Source: Deltaproteobacteria bacterium | Lineage (GTDB): Bacteria; Myxococcota_A; UBA9160; UBA6930 | Direction: 5' to 3' | DNA length: 56,972 nt | NCBI GenBank assembly: GCA_031401135.1 | Contig: JANNRF010000394.1 | Span: 1 to 56,972 of the forward strand | Shown here: positions 17,407 through 27,338 of the stretch, piece by piece | Position numbering within the stretch: position 1 is the first letter of the stretch | Layout of the letters: each line of letters starts with the position of its first letter | The notes under the pieces: model-generated | Told to the model about the DNA's origin: nothing | The model's input: only the letters and a program-made list of their open reading frames with translations | Databases searched by the model: none | Program-made: the position numbers and the translations under genes

Positions 17407-19598
17407 TGCTTCTCCCCACCGAAGTAGCGTTCCACTTGCCCTGCGATCTCTTCGGGAACGCTCGCCGCGACCATGCCTGCATTCAGCAGGCTTCCGATCG
17501 GGGCGTCGACGTTCACGTTGAGTACGACGGGCCGCCCCTTCTGATAATTCGGGTTGCGTCCACGAATGTGCATCTTCACGTCCATCCTATCGGCGATGTC
17601 GCCGTTCAGGGTGAGCGTGAGTTCCTCATAATGAAGATCTGCGAGCGCGCCAAGCACCGGCGCGACCGTGGGTTGCTTCTTCGCGAGCGCGGCCCCGCTC
17701 TCGCCGGACGTGAAGCGGATCACGCCCGTCTCGGTGGCGCGCAAGACGGCGTTGCGCACGAACATCTTTGCGCCGCGCTGCTCGACGGGAATTATGCCCG
17801 CGAGCACGCCTGTGCCAGCGAGCCCCTCGAAATCGAGCGCCGTGAGCAACTCCGGGATCGAAATGCCTTCGGCGCGCAGCGTGAGGTCGCGCTCCTCGAC
17901 GTCGATCGGAAAATCGCCCGTGAGGCTGAGCTTGCCGCCTGCGAGGCTAAACGCAGCGAGTTCGACCGCGAGCACGCCATCGGGCAGCAGTTCGAAACGC
18001 AGGCTGCCGTTCGCGAGCGACAGCGGGCCCTCGAACGCTTTCATCCACAAAGTCTGCCCCGGCGGCGTTACCAGCGGCTCCGGACCGATCGCCGAGATCA
18101 AGCCCGTGAGACCGCGAATCGTGCCGTACTCGGTCGTGATGTCGGCCCCGCTGAAGGCGATCACCGCGCTCGCGGCGAGGACGTCGTTTTCGTAGGACGC
18201 GAGCGCTTCACCCCCCACCTTTCCGCTCGCGCGCGTGACGAGGCCATCGAGCCACGGGAAAACGCGATGCGGCTGGCGCGTCTTGGGCGTCAGCTCGGTC
18301 TCCGGCAACGCGATCTTCAGTTCCAGACGCGCGCGAGCCGGCTCGAGCTCACCTGCAAGAGCGAACACGAGGCCGTCGCCCGGCGTGCGCGCTTCGCCGC
18401 TGAGCGCGAGCCGCTCGAGCGGGCCTGATAACTTCGCAGCGAGGCGAAGCGGCGCGATCATGGCGGGCTGCGAAAGCTCGACGAGCTTCGCGACCGTGAC
18501 GCGGGCCTCGAGCCGAGCCTCCGCGTAGCGCGCGTCGATCGCGATCTGCTCGAAGCGGGCGAGTCCGGGTGCGATGCCTCGCGGAAGCTCGATCTGGGCG
18601 GTGACGACATCGCCCGCGAGCTGCGCGTGGACGGACGCGCTCGGGAAGCGCGCGAGATCGGGCAGCTCGATCTCGCGCAGTGCGATCTCGGCGTCGGCGA
18701 CCTCACCGCGCAGCTTCGCCGTCACCTCGAGGCTCGCCGCGCGGCCGACGTCGACGAACTCGACACCCGTCGCGGAGAGCATGGCATCCGCGTTGAAGGC
18801 GCCTGCGGCGTCGCGCGTGGCGGTTCCCCGCACGCTGACGGGCGCCGCAGCACTGAGCGATAGCGCCGCGGGGTCGGGTAGCGCGTTGCCCGCGAACGCG
18901 ATCTGCGGCGACGCGAGTGTCCCGAGCACGCGCAGCTGGCCGCTCGCGCTGCCCCAAGGTGTTACGCCTCCGAGCGCTCCCGCGGCGGCAAGTTCTTGCG
19001 ACGCGAGCCCAATCGTGCCGCCGCCGCCGAAATCGAGCGCACCTTGCGTCGATTCGCCGTGCAGCGAGAACGTCGCGCGCACGAGCTCGCCCTCGGGCGT
19101 GGCGTTGCCCTCTGCGCTCACAGTGAGTGCGCCCTGCGGCGAATCGATTACCGCGCTCGCATCGGCGAGCACCGCCTCGGCGAAGGGCAGCGCGAGTGGT
19201 GTGCTGCTCGCACTCGCGTCGCTCGCGAGCAGCGCATCGAGCGCGCCGAGGTGCAGGCCCGCGGCGTCGATGCGCGCGCGCAGGCGTACGCCGCGCAGCT
19301 CGATGCGATCGAGGCGCCCCGCACGCAGGCCCGCGTACGACCACGCCAGCGCTACGCGCTCGAGCGCAAGATCCGGCGCTGCCGCTGCGCCGAGCTTCAC
19401 GCTCGCAATCTCCGCGCCGCGCAAACCGAGGCGCACCACGCGCAGCTGTGCGGGCACACCACGCGCCGCGAGTTCACGCAGTGCGAGCCACTCCGCCAAC
19501 GCGCGGCGCTGCGCGATCGCGACGCCCACGCCGATCGCGAGCACCCCCAACAACCCCGCCAGCGCGAGTGCGAGCGTGCGCGCGCGGCGCGAGGCCAC
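17403..19598 (-). CDS. ydbH: YdbH-domain intermembrane lipid transport protein
   Basis: N-terminal TM; C-terminal ALADLHYEEL...IRGRNP....GRPVVLNVNV; synteny with ynbE-ydbL. Confidence 0.88.
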   Translation of the reverse strand: MASRRARTLALALAGLLGVLAIGVGVAIAQRRALAEWLALRELAARGVPAQLRVVRLGLRGAEIASVKLGAAAAPDLALERVALAWSYAGLRAGRLDRIELRGVRLRARIDAAGLHLGALDALLASDASASSTPLALPFAEAVLADASAVIDSPQGALTVSAEGNATPEGELVRATFSLHGESTQGALDFGGGGTIGLASQELAAAGALGGVTPWGSASGQLRVLGTLASPQIAFAGNALPDPAALSLSAAAPVSVRGTATRDAAGAFNADAMLSATGVEFVDVGRAASLEVTAKLRGEVADAEIALREIELPDLARFPSASVHAQLAGDVVTAQIELPRGIAPGLARFEQIAIDARYAEARLEARVTVAKLVELSQPAMIAPLRLAAKLSGPLERLALSGEARTPGDGLVFALAGELEPARARLELKIALPETELTPKTRQPHRVFPWLDGLVTRASGKVGGEALASYENDVLAASAVIAFSGADITTEYGTIRGLTGLISAIGPEPLVTPPGQTLWMKAFEGPLSLANGSLRFELLPDGVLAVELAAFSLAGGKLSLTGDFPIDVEERDLTLRAEGISIPELLTALDFEGLAGTGVLAGIIPVEQRGAKMFVRNAVLRATETGVIRFTSGESGAALAKKQPTVAPVLGALADLHYEELTLTLNGDIADRMDVKMHIRGRNPNYQKGRPVVLNVNVDAPIGSLLNAGMVAASVPEEIAGQVERYFGGEKQ

Positions 19599-19605
19599 CC
19601 GCGCG

Positions 19606-22242
19606 CTACCCGACCACGTTCACGAGCCGGCCCGCGATCACGATCACTCGCTTGGGTTCGCGCCCGGCGAGATGCTTCTGAACGTTGGGCGCCGCGAGCG
19701 CGGCAGCGCGGATCGTCTCTTCGCTCGCACTGGCGGCGATCTCGATTTGATCGCGCAGTTTGCCGTTCACCTGCACAGGCAGCGTGATCGTGTCGACGAC
19801 GAGCAGCTTCTCGTCGGCGACGGGCCAGCTCGCGAGCGTCACTTCGCGCGCGTTGCCGAGCCGCGCCCACAGTTCCTCGGCGAGATGCGGCGCGAAGGGC
19901 GAGAGCATGCGCAGGAACGCCTCGCCACCCTCGCGCGGCACGGGCGCATCCTTCGCGACGTCGCGCAACCACACCATCAGCTTCGCGATCGCGGTGTTAG
20001 GTTGCACCGCCTCCATGTCGGCCGTAACACCCGCGATCGTCTGCGCGGTGAGGCGCGCCTGCTCGCGGCTGCCGTCGCCGGGCGCGAGTGCGCGGGCCGA
20101 TTCGCCAGGCGCATCGTCGTCGACGAATAGGCGCCAGGCGCGCTGCAAGAAACGGAAACAGCCGGGGATGCCCTCGGTGGACCAGGGCGCGCCCTTCTCG
20201 AGCGGGCCCATGAACAGCTCGTAGACCCGCATCGAATCGGCGCCGAACTCCGCAATCACTTCGTCGGGCGAAACCACGTTGCCGCGGCTCTTCGACATCT
20301 TCTCGACCACTTCCTCGAGCGGAAGGTCGTCGAGGGTCGGGTGCAGCGGCGTTCCGTCCGCCGCGCGCCGCACGTCCGAGAGGTTTACCCAGCGCTCCTT
20401 CAGTTCCTGGCCGGTCGCCGCCGCAATCGCGCGCTCGCCATCGATCCGCACGGCCGAGGCCGCGTAGGCGCGCGGCTTTGCGTTCGGGTCGTCGCCCGGG
20501 TTGTCGTCGTAATACCTGTAGCTGTAACCGAGGATCATCCCCGGATTGAGCAGCTTCGTGAACGGCTCCTTGGTGTGAACGAGGCCCGCGTCGTACAGCA
20601 CCTTGTGCCAGAAGCGCGCATACAAGAGGTGCAGCACCGCGTGCTCGGCACCGCCGACGTAGAGGTCGACGGGCATCCAGTAGCGCTCGGCTTCCTGCGA
20701 CCACGCCTCGCGGTTGTTACGGGGATCGCAGAAGCGCAGGTAGTACCAACAGCTGCCGGCCCACTGCGGCATGGTGTTCGCGTCGCGCCGCGCGGGTCTG
20801 CCGGTATCCGCGTCGCTGGTCGCGACCCAGCGCTTCGCGCGCGAGAGCGGCGTCTCGAACTCGCCCGTCGGCCGGTAGTCGTCGAGGTCGGGAAGCATCA
20901 CCGGCAGGTCGGACTCGGGCACGAGCTTGGTGGTGCCGTCTTCCAGATGAATCACCGGGTACGGCTCGCCCCAATAACGCTGTCGGCTGAACAGCCAGTC
21001 GCGCAGTTTGTAGGAGACCGTGCTCTCGCCGAGGCCGCGCTCCGCGAGCCACGCCGTAATCGCTTGCTTCGCCTCGTCGGTCGCGAGCCCGTCGAGGAAT
21101 CCCGAGTTCACGGCGGCGCCATCGCCGGCGTAAGCGGCTTTTGCGACGTCGCCCCCGCGGACGACCTCGACGATCGGCAACGAGAACTTCTTCGCGAACA
21201 CCCAGTCGCGCTCGTCATGGCCCGGCACGGCCATGATCGCGCCGGTGCCGTAGGTCGAGAGCACGTAGTCCGCGATCCACACCGGGATGCGCGCGCCGTT
21301 CACAGGGTTCGTTGCGAACGCGCCGGTGAACGCGCCCGTTTTGTCGTCGGCGTCCGCGATACGCGCGCGCTCGCTCTTGCGCGCCGCATCGGCCACGTAC
21401 GCTTGCACGGCCGCGCGCTGCGCCGGCGAGGTGATCTCCGCGACCAGCGGATGCTCGGGCGCGAGCACCATGTACGTGGCGCCGAACAACGTGTCGGGCC
21501 GCGTCGTGAATACTTCGATCGACTTATCAGGGTGGTCCGGCAGTGCGAAGCGCACGCGCGCGCCTTCGGAGCGCCCGATCCAATCGCGCTGCATCTTCTT
21601 GATGTTCGCGGGCCAGTCGAGCTCATCGAGATCGCTCAGCAGGCGTTCGGCATAACTCGTGATGCGCAGCATCCACTGCCGCATCGGCATGCGCACGACC
21701 GGATGCCCGCCGCGTTCGCTCTTGCCGTCGATCACTTCCTCATTCGCGAGCACCGTGCCGAGGGCCGGGCACCAGTTCACCGGCACCTCGGCCAAATAAG
21801 CGAGCCCGCGTTCGTAGAGCTTCGAGAAGATCCATTGAGTCCACCGGTAATAACCGGGGTCGGTGGTGTCGATCTCGCGGCTCCAGTCATAGGAGAGCCC
21901 GAGGTTCTCGAGCTGGCGCCGATAATTCTCGGTGTTCTTCTTCGTGGTCGCGCGCGGGTGCGTGCCGGTCTGGATCGCGTGCTGTTCGGCGGGCAGCCCG
22001 AAGGCATCCCAGCCCATTGGATGCAGCACATTGAAGCCGCGCATGCGCTTGTAACGCGAGATCGCGTCGGTCGAGATGTACCCCTTCGGGTGGCCGACGT
22101 GGAGCCCTTCGCTCGACGGATACGGGAACATGTCGAGCACGTAGTACTTGGGCTTCGAGTGATCGATCTCGACTTTGAACGTGCCGCGCTCGGCCCAAAG
22201 GCGTTGCCAGCGGGTCTCGATCGCCTTCGGGTCGTACGACAT
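19606..22242 (-). CDS. leuS: Leucine--tRNA ligase
   Basis: MFPYPS..LHVGH (HIGH), GWDAFGLPAE, FTTRPDT, DWLFSRQRYWG and KMSKS. Confidence 0.98.
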   Translation of the reverse strand: MSYDPKAIETRWQRLWAERGTFKVEIDHSKPKYYVLDMFPYPSSEGLHVGHPKGYISTDAISRYKRMRGFNVLHPMGWDAFGLPAEQHAIQTGTHPRATTKKNTENYRRQLENLGLSYDWSREIDTTDPGYYRWTQWIFSKLYERGLAYLAEVPVNWCPALGTVLANEEVIDGKSERGGHPVVRMPMRQWMLRITSYAERLLSDLDELDWPANIKKMQRDWIGRSEGARVRFALPDHPDKSIEVFTTRPDTLFGATYMVLAPEHPLVAEITSPAQRAAVQAYVADAARKSERARIADADDKTGAFTGAFATNPVNGARIPVWIADYVLSTYGTGAIMAVPGHDERDWVFAKKFSLPIVEVVRGGDVAKAAYAGDGAAVNSGFLDGLATDEAKQAITAWLAERGLGESTVSYKLRDWLFSRQRYWGEPYPVIHLEDGTTKLVPESDLPVMLPDLDDYRPTGEFETPLSRAKRWVATSDADTGRPARRDANTMPQWAGSCWYYLRFCDPRNNREAWSQEAERYWMPVDLYVGGAEHAVLHLLYARFWHKVLYDAGLVHTKEPFTKLLNPGMILGYSYRYYDDNPGDDPNAKPRAYAASAVRIDGERAIAAATGQELKERWVNLSDVRRAADGTPLHPTLDDLPLEEVVEKMSKSRGNVVSPDEVIAEFGADSMRVYELFMGPLEKGAPWSTEGIPGCFRFLQRAWRLFVDDDAPGESARALAPGDGSREQARLTAQTIAGVTADMEAVQPNTAIAKLMVWLRDVAKDAPVPREGGEAFLRMLSPFAPHLAEELWARLGNAREVTLASWPVADEKLLVVDTITLPVQVNGKLRDQIEIAASASEETIRAAALAAPNVQKHLAGREPKRVIVIAGRLVNVVG

Positions 22243-22297
22243 GGCGGGCCAAGTTGCCCGCAGCGGTCCGTAGCGTCAACGGCTACCAAGTCTCGCG

Positions 22298-23119
22298 ATG
22301 GCGCGCGGCGGCGAAGAACAGATCGAGATTTTCCTGCTCTCGGATGGCACCGGCGAGACCGGGACGCATGCCGTGCGCGCCGCCGCCACGCAGTTTCAGC
22401 GCCGCTTCCGCCTGCGCACCTTTGCCGAGACGCGCCACGATTCTCAGGCGCGGCGCATTATGGAACGCGCCAAAGAGGCCGGCGCGCTGGTGGTGTTCAC
22501 GCTGGTGAACGACCGGCTCAAGGACAGCGTGCGCACGATGGCGGTCGAGATGGGCGTGCCTGTGGTCGATTTGTTGAGCCCGCTGATCTCCGCGATGTCG
22601 CACCACTACGCACTCTCGCCCCAACACCTGGTCGGCGTGCTGCACGGTTTCGGCGACGAGTACTTTCGGCGCGTCGAGGCGGTGGAGTTCGCGGTGCGCC
22701 ACGACGACGGCGCGAACCTGCACACGCTGCATCAAGCGGACATCGTGCTCGCTGGCGTTTCGCGCACTTCGAAGACGCCCCTCTCGATGTATCTCGCGCA
22801 GCGCGGCTACAAGACGGGCAACGTGCCGATCGTGCCGGGCATCGAGCCGCCGCGCGAGCTGCTCGAAGTGGACGCGCGCAAAGTAATTGGGCTCGTGATC
22901 GAGCCGAATCCACTGCTCGAGATTCGGCGCGCGCGGATTCGGCAACTGCAGGCGTCGCCGTACATCACGTACGCGGATCCGGAAGCGATCGTGGAGGAGT
23001 TGCAGCGCGCGCGGCGCCTGTTCAATTCGCGGCAGTGGCGGACTGTGAATACGACGGGCAAAGCCATAGAAGAGAATGCCGCGCGAATTCTGGAGTTGAT
23101 GTACGGGAGTGCGGCGTGA
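22298..23119 (+). CDS. ppsR: Pyruvate, water/phosphate dikinase regulatory kinase-pyrophosphorylase (DUF299)
   Basis: SDGTGET, YFRRVEAVEFAVRHDDG and GVSRTSKTPLSMYLA. Confidence 0.93.
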   Translation: MARGGEEQIEIFLLSDGTGETGTHAVRAAATQFQRRFRLRTFAETRHDSQARRIMERAKEAGALVVFTLVNDRLKDSVRTMAVEMGVPVVDLLSPLISAMSHHYALSPQHLVGVLHGFGDEYFRRVEAVEFAVRHDDGANLHTLHQADIVLAGVSRTSKTPLSMYLAQRGYKTGNVPIVPGIEPPRELLEVDARKVIGLVIEPNPLLEIRRARIRQLQASPYITYADPEAIVEELQRARRLFNSRQWRTVNTTGKAIEENAARILELMYGSAA

Positions 23120-23143
23120 GCGAGGCCCTCGCTGCGGCGCTGC

Positions 23144-23279
23144 GCGCGCGGGCGCGCCCGCTCTGCTCCATGGCTCGCGCGTCTGCCTGGGTGTTACTGG
23201 GCTCGGAGTCCCAAAGCCCATCGGTTTAGCGGCTACGCCTGCTGCGCTTTACTTCCGCTCCGCGGGCCCGCCCGCGCGC
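23144..23279 (-). repeat. Nested palindromic element, copy 2
   Basis: 18-nt arms 23144-23161 and 23262-23279 (1 mismatch). The minus strand carries GCGGAAGTAAAGCGCAG and CGAGCCATGGAGC, matching copy 1 GCTGAGGTAAAAGCGCAG and CGAGCCACGAAGC. Apical hairpin at 23198-23220. Confidence 0.7.
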
Positions 23280-23350
23280 TTCGCTCTTCGGTGTCGGTGC
23301 GGCGTTGCACTCGGCGTCGGCGTTCGGTGTGGGGGAGGGGGAGAGAAGAA

Positions 23351-24334
23351 GTGACGAGTCGGCCTTACGTGTTTGCCACCCGCGAGTTGCCCGGCGCGCC
23401 TTGGGAGTTGGTGCGGGCGGTCGCGGAGCTTCGCGTTTGGGAGGGTGAAGATGCGCCGCCGCGGGGGGTGTTGCTCGCTGAGGCCGGGCGGGCGGAGGGG
23501 TTGATCGTCGCGTTCGTGGATCGTGTCGATGCGGAGTTGTTGGGTGCGGCGCCGCGGTTGCGGGTGGTTTCGACTTGTTCGGTGGGAGTGGATCACGTCG
23601 ATCTCGCGGCGGCTTCGGCGCGCGGAATTGCGGTCGGGCATACGCCGGGGGTGCTGACGGAGGCGACGGCGGATTTGGCGTTTGCGTTGTTGTTGGCGGC
23701 GGCGCGAAGGATTCCGGAGGCGGATCGCTTCGTGCGCGCCGAACGCTGGTTGAAGGCCTGGGAGCCGAGCTTGTTGTTGGGGAAGGAGCTGGCAGGAGCG
23801 ACGCTTGGTGTCGTTGGGCTCGGCGCGATTGGTGAGGCGGTGGCGCGACGGGCGCAGGGGTTTGGGATGCGTGTGCTGGGCTGGACACGAAGCGGGCGCG
23901 GGGCGCCAGGTGTTACGGCCGTGGGCGATCTCGGCGAGCTGCTCGCTGCGGCGGATTTCGTGAGCGTGCACGTTGCGCGCACGCCGCAGACGCTCGGGCT
24001 GCTCGGCGCGCGCGAAATCGCGAGCATGAAACGCGGCGCGATTCTGGTGAACACCGCGCGCGGCGGCATCGTGGATGAGGAAGCAGTGTGCGCCGCGCTC
24101 GCGAGCGGGCAGTTGAGTGCTGCGGCGTTCGACGTGTTCGAGACGGAGCCGCTGCCCGCTTCGAGCCCGCTGCTCGCGGCGCCGAACCTTGTGCTCGCGC
24201 CACACCTCGGCAGCGCGACGTACGCGACGCGCGCGCGCATGTCGGAGCTGTGCGTGAAGAATCTGCTGGCGGGGCTGCGCGGCGAGAAAATGCCGCGCTG
24301 CGCGAACACCGAGCAGCTCGCAGCGCGAGCCTGA
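23351..24334 (+). CDS. D-isomer-specific 2-hydroxyacid dehydrogenase (glyoxylate reductase / D-glycerate dehydrogenase-like)
   Basis: SVGVDHVD, TPGVLTEATADL, GLGAIG, VNTARG, DVFETEP and PHLGSAT. Confidence 0.93.
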   Translation: MTSRPYVFATRELPGAPWELVRAVAELRVWEGEDAPPRGVLLAEAGRAEGLIVAFVDRVDAELLGAAPRLRVVSTCSVGVDHVDLAAASARGIAVGHTPGVLTEATADLAFALLLAAARRIPEADRFVRAERWLKAWEPSLLLGKELAGATLGVVGLGAIGEAVARRAQGFGMRVLGWTRSGRGAPGVTAVGDLGELLAAADFVSVHVARTPQTLGLLGAREIASMKRGAILVNTARGGIVDEEAVCAALASGQLSAAAFDVFETEPLPASSPLLAAPNLVLAPHLGSATYATRARMSELCVKNLLAGLRGEKMPRCANTEQLAARA

Positions 24335-24338
24335 GAAC

Positions 24339-24890
24339 TCAGCGCAATTCGGCTTCGTCCACTGCGTCCTGCCGCGCTTCCTCGAGCACGCGCGCCATCG
24401 CGGCGTCGAACGCCACCAGCACGACGTCGCGCAGCTGCTGCTTCCCCGCGAGTTCGCGCGCAATCGTGGTCGCGGCGATCTTGGCGGCGCGCTCGACCGG
24501 GAAGCGATAGACGCCGCAGCTGATTGCCGGGAACGCGATCGACGCGGCGCCGTGTTCGAGCGCGAGCCGCAGCGAGTTTCGATAACAAGCGCCGAGCAAG
24601 TCGCCCTCGCGCGCAGCCCCGCCCCGCCAGATCGGGCCCACGGTGTGGATCACGTACTTCGCGGGCAGCCCGAAGCCGGGCGTGATGCGCGCTTCGCCGG
24701 TCGGGCAGCGAACCCCCGGGCGCACTTCAGGGACCTGTTGGCACGCCGCGCGCAGTTCGCGCCCCGCGGCGCGGTGGATCGCGCCGTCTACGCCGCCGCC
24801 GCCGAGCATCAGCTCGTTGGCGGCGTTCACGATTGCGTCGACCGCGAGCGTGGTGATATCGGCCCGAAGTACGCGAATGCGCTGCGGCAT
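24339..24890 (-). CDS. Macrodomain O-acetyl-ADP-ribose deacetylase (YmdB-like)
   Basis: [28 protein letters not shown] and [12 protein letters not shown]. Confidence 0.93.
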   Translation of the reverse strand: MPQRIRVLRADITTLAVDAIVNAANELMLGGGGVDGAIHRAAGRELRAACQQVPEVRPGVRCPTGEARITPGFGLPAKYVIHTVGPIWRGGAAREGDLLGACYRNSLRLALEHGAASIAFPAISCGVYRFPVERAAKIAATTIARELAGKQQLRDVVLVAFDAAMARVLEEARQDAVDEAELR

Positions 24891-24894
24891 ACGG

Positions 24895-25356
24895 CTACTT
24901 CTGCTCTGGAGGGCCGGCTGCTGCGCAGCGCGTCAGCCAATCTCGCGGCGAGATCGCGTGCGCGCCGAAACGCCGCGCGCGATCCTTCACCGAGCGGTCG
25001 CCCGTAACAACCGCGACGCCGCCAGGATCGGGCGCGGCGCGCATGGCCTTCAAGATCCATTCGTCCGCGTTGGGCGCGAACACGACGCGCAACAGCGCGG
25101 CCTCGGGCGCTTCCTCCGTGCCGGCCGGCTGCTTGCCGTCGAACACCACGCACACGCGCTCGCCGCGCGCGCTGAGCCGCTCGGCCTGAGCGATCACCAG
25201 CCGCCGCCGCTCCTCGGTCCACCACTCTTTGCGGTCGCGCCCCCGTAACAGGTGCGCATGCAGCACGTTGAAGCCGTCGACGAGCCACTGCGCGATGGCG
25301 GGCAGGGCGTCGCCGAGCGCGTCTTCCAGTGCGGGCCGCTCGGGTGAATCGGTCAT
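24895..25356 (-). CDS. NYN-domain (YacP/Rae1-like) ribonuclease
   Basis: [18 protein letters not shown] and VVTGDR acidic motifs; true ATG at 25356 inside the longer ORF-track frame. Confidence 0.82.
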   Translation of the reverse strand: MTDSPERPALEDALGDALPAIAQWLVDGFNVLHAHLLRGRDRKEWWTEERRRLVIAQAERLSARGERVCVVFDGKQPAGTEEAPEAALLRVVFAPNADEWILKAMRAAPDPGGVAVVTGDRSVKDRARRFGAHAISPRDWLTRCAAAGPPEQK

Positions 25357-25367
25357 CGTGGCGAAGC

Positions 25368-27338
25368 CTAATTCGAGCCGCCCGCCTCCGCGAGCGCCGC
25401 AGCGATCTCCGCCGCGAAAACGGCACCGAGATCGCGCAGCTTCACCTCGCCGATGCCGCGGATGCCGCGCAGCTGCTCCACCGCGGTGGGCTTCGCGGCG
25501 GCGAGTTCTTGCAGCGTGCGGTCGCCAAATATTAGGTACGGAGGCACGCCGCGCTCGGATGCGAGGCGCCGACGCAGCGCGCGCAGGCGCTGGAAGAGCG
25601 CGTCGTCGTAGTCGGGGAGCGCGTCGCTCGCACCGGCACGCGAGCCAGTCGCGCCGCCGCCCGCACGCGCCGCGCGCTTCGTCTTCGGCGCGAGCGGCAG
25701 CGCATAGAGCGTCACCGGCACGCTCGCCTTCATCGCGCCGACGCCGCTCTCGCTGAGCGAGAGCGTCGGGTACTGCCCGTCCGCCACGCGCAGGTGGCCG
25801 AGCGCCACCAGCTGATCGATCCAGTGGCGAATCTCGCGGGTGTTGTGGGCTTTCAGCAGGCCGAAGGTGCTGAGCTTGTCGTGGCTGGCGTTGCGGATGC
25901 GCTCGGTGTCGGAGCCGTGCAGCACGTCGGCGATGTGCTGCGCGCCGTAGCGTTGGGCGCAGCGCGCGACGCAGGAGAGCACCATCTGCGCGATGCGCTG
26001 CGAATCGGGCGCTGTGCTGAGTTCGTGCAGGCAGACGTCGCAAGCGCCGCAGCCGACGACATCGGGCTGCGCATCGGCGGGTGCGCGCTCGCTCGGCGCC
26101 TCCCACGCCTGGCCGAAGTGCTCGACGAGGAACTGGTGGCGGCACGTCGCGCTGGTTGCGAAGCCGTACATCTCGCCGAGCCGCGCGAGTGCGCCCGCTT
26201 GCTCGGTCGCATCGACCGGCGTGCCCGCGGCCTCCGCATCCTGCGCGCTGCGCTCGGTGAGCGAGCGCCAGCCATAATAATCCGCGCCCGCGTAGAGCAT
26301 CACGCACTCGCTCGCGAGGCCATCGCGTCCCGCGCGGCCGGTTTCCTGCGCGAACTGCTCGACGCCCTTCGGCAGCGAGGCGTGAATCACGAACCGCACG
26401 TCCGGCCGGTCGATGCCCATGCCGAACGCGACCGTCGCCACGATCACGTCGATCTCTTCCGCGAGAAAGCGGTTCTGATTGCGCTTGCGCACTTCGGCGT
26501 CGAGGCCCGCGTGATACGGCAGGCAGCGCACGCCGGACTTTTTGAGCGAAGCCGCGAGCGAGTCCACGTCGCGGCGGCGCAGGCAGTAGACGATGCCCGC
26601 TTCGCCCGCGTGGCGGCGAATCACCCCTAACACTTGCGAAGCGGAATCGCCGCGCGGCAGGAAGCGGTACGTGAGATTCGGGCGGTCGAAGCCGCCCACC
26701 AGCAGGGCCGGATCGCGCAGCCCGAGCTGCGCCGCGATGTCGCGCCGCACCTGCGGCGTCGCGGTCGCGGTGTACGCGTGCACAGGCACGTCGGGCCGCA
26801 GCGCGCGCAACTCGCCGATGCGCCGGTACTCGGGCCGGAAATCGTGGCCCCAGTGCGAGATGCAGTGCGCCTCGTCCACCACCAGCGACGCGAGCCCGTA
26901 CTTCGCGAGCTCGTCGAAGAAGCCCGGCATCACGAGCCGCTCCGGCGCAACGAACAGCAGCTTCACGGCGCCGCTCGCGAGCCGCTCCTGCGCGTCGCGC
27001 TTCTCGCTCCAGTCCTGCGCGCTGGTCAGCATCACCGCATCGACGCCGCTCTCGGTGAGCCCCGCGAGCTGATCCTGCATCAGCGAGATCAGCGGGCTGA
27101 TCACGACCGTGAGGCCGTCCCGCAGGAGGGCCGGCGCCTGATAACACAGGCTCTTGCCGCCGCCGGTCGCGAGCACCACCAGCGAATCGTGGCCCGCGAG
27201 CGCGGCCAGCATCGCCTCGGCTTGGTGCGGGCGCAGTTCGCTGTAGCCCCAGACGCGCAGGATGAGCGCGCGGAGCGAGGCGAGCTGTGCGGCGGCGTCG
27301 GGAGCAGCGCCAGCGATGTCGAGCCGCTGCTGAATCAT
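25368..27338 (-). CDS. recQ: ATP-dependent DNA helicase RecQ
   Basis: TGGGKSLCYQ, DEAHCISHWGHDFRPEY, VAFGMGID, QETGRAGRDG, Zn-binding Cys residues, RQC and HRDC (VPPYLIFGDRTL). Confidence 0.96.
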   Translation of the reverse strand: MIQQRLDIAGAAPDAAAQLASLRALILRVWGYSELRPHQAEAMLAALAGHDSLVVLATGGGKSLCYQAPALLRDGLTVVISPLISLMQDQLAGLTESGVDAVMLTSAQDWSEKRDAQERLASGAVKLLFVAPERLVMPGFFDELAKYGLASLVVDEAHCISHWGHDFRPEYRRIGELRALRPDVPVHAYTATATPQVRRDIAAQLGLRDPALLVGGFDRPNLTYRFLPRGDSASQVLGVIRRHAGEAGIVYCLRRRDVDSLAASLKKSGVRCLPYHAGLDAEVRKRNQNRFLAEEIDVIVATVAFGMGIDRPDVRFVIHASLPKGVEQFAQETGRAGRDGLASECVMLYAGADYYGWRSLTERSAQDAEAAGTPVDATEQAGALARLGEMYGFATSATCRHQFLVEHFGQAWEAPSERAPADAQPDVVGCGACDVCLHELSTAPDSQRIAQMVLSCVARCAQRYGAQHIADVLHGSDTERIRNASHDKLSTFGLLKAHNTREIRHWIDQLVALGHLRVADGQYPTLSLSESGVGAMKASVPVTLYALPLAPKTKRAARAGGGATGSRAGASDALPDYDDALFQRLRALRRRLASERGVPPYLIFGDRTLQELAAAKPTAVEQLRGIRGIGEVKLRDLGAVFAAEIAAALAEAGGSN

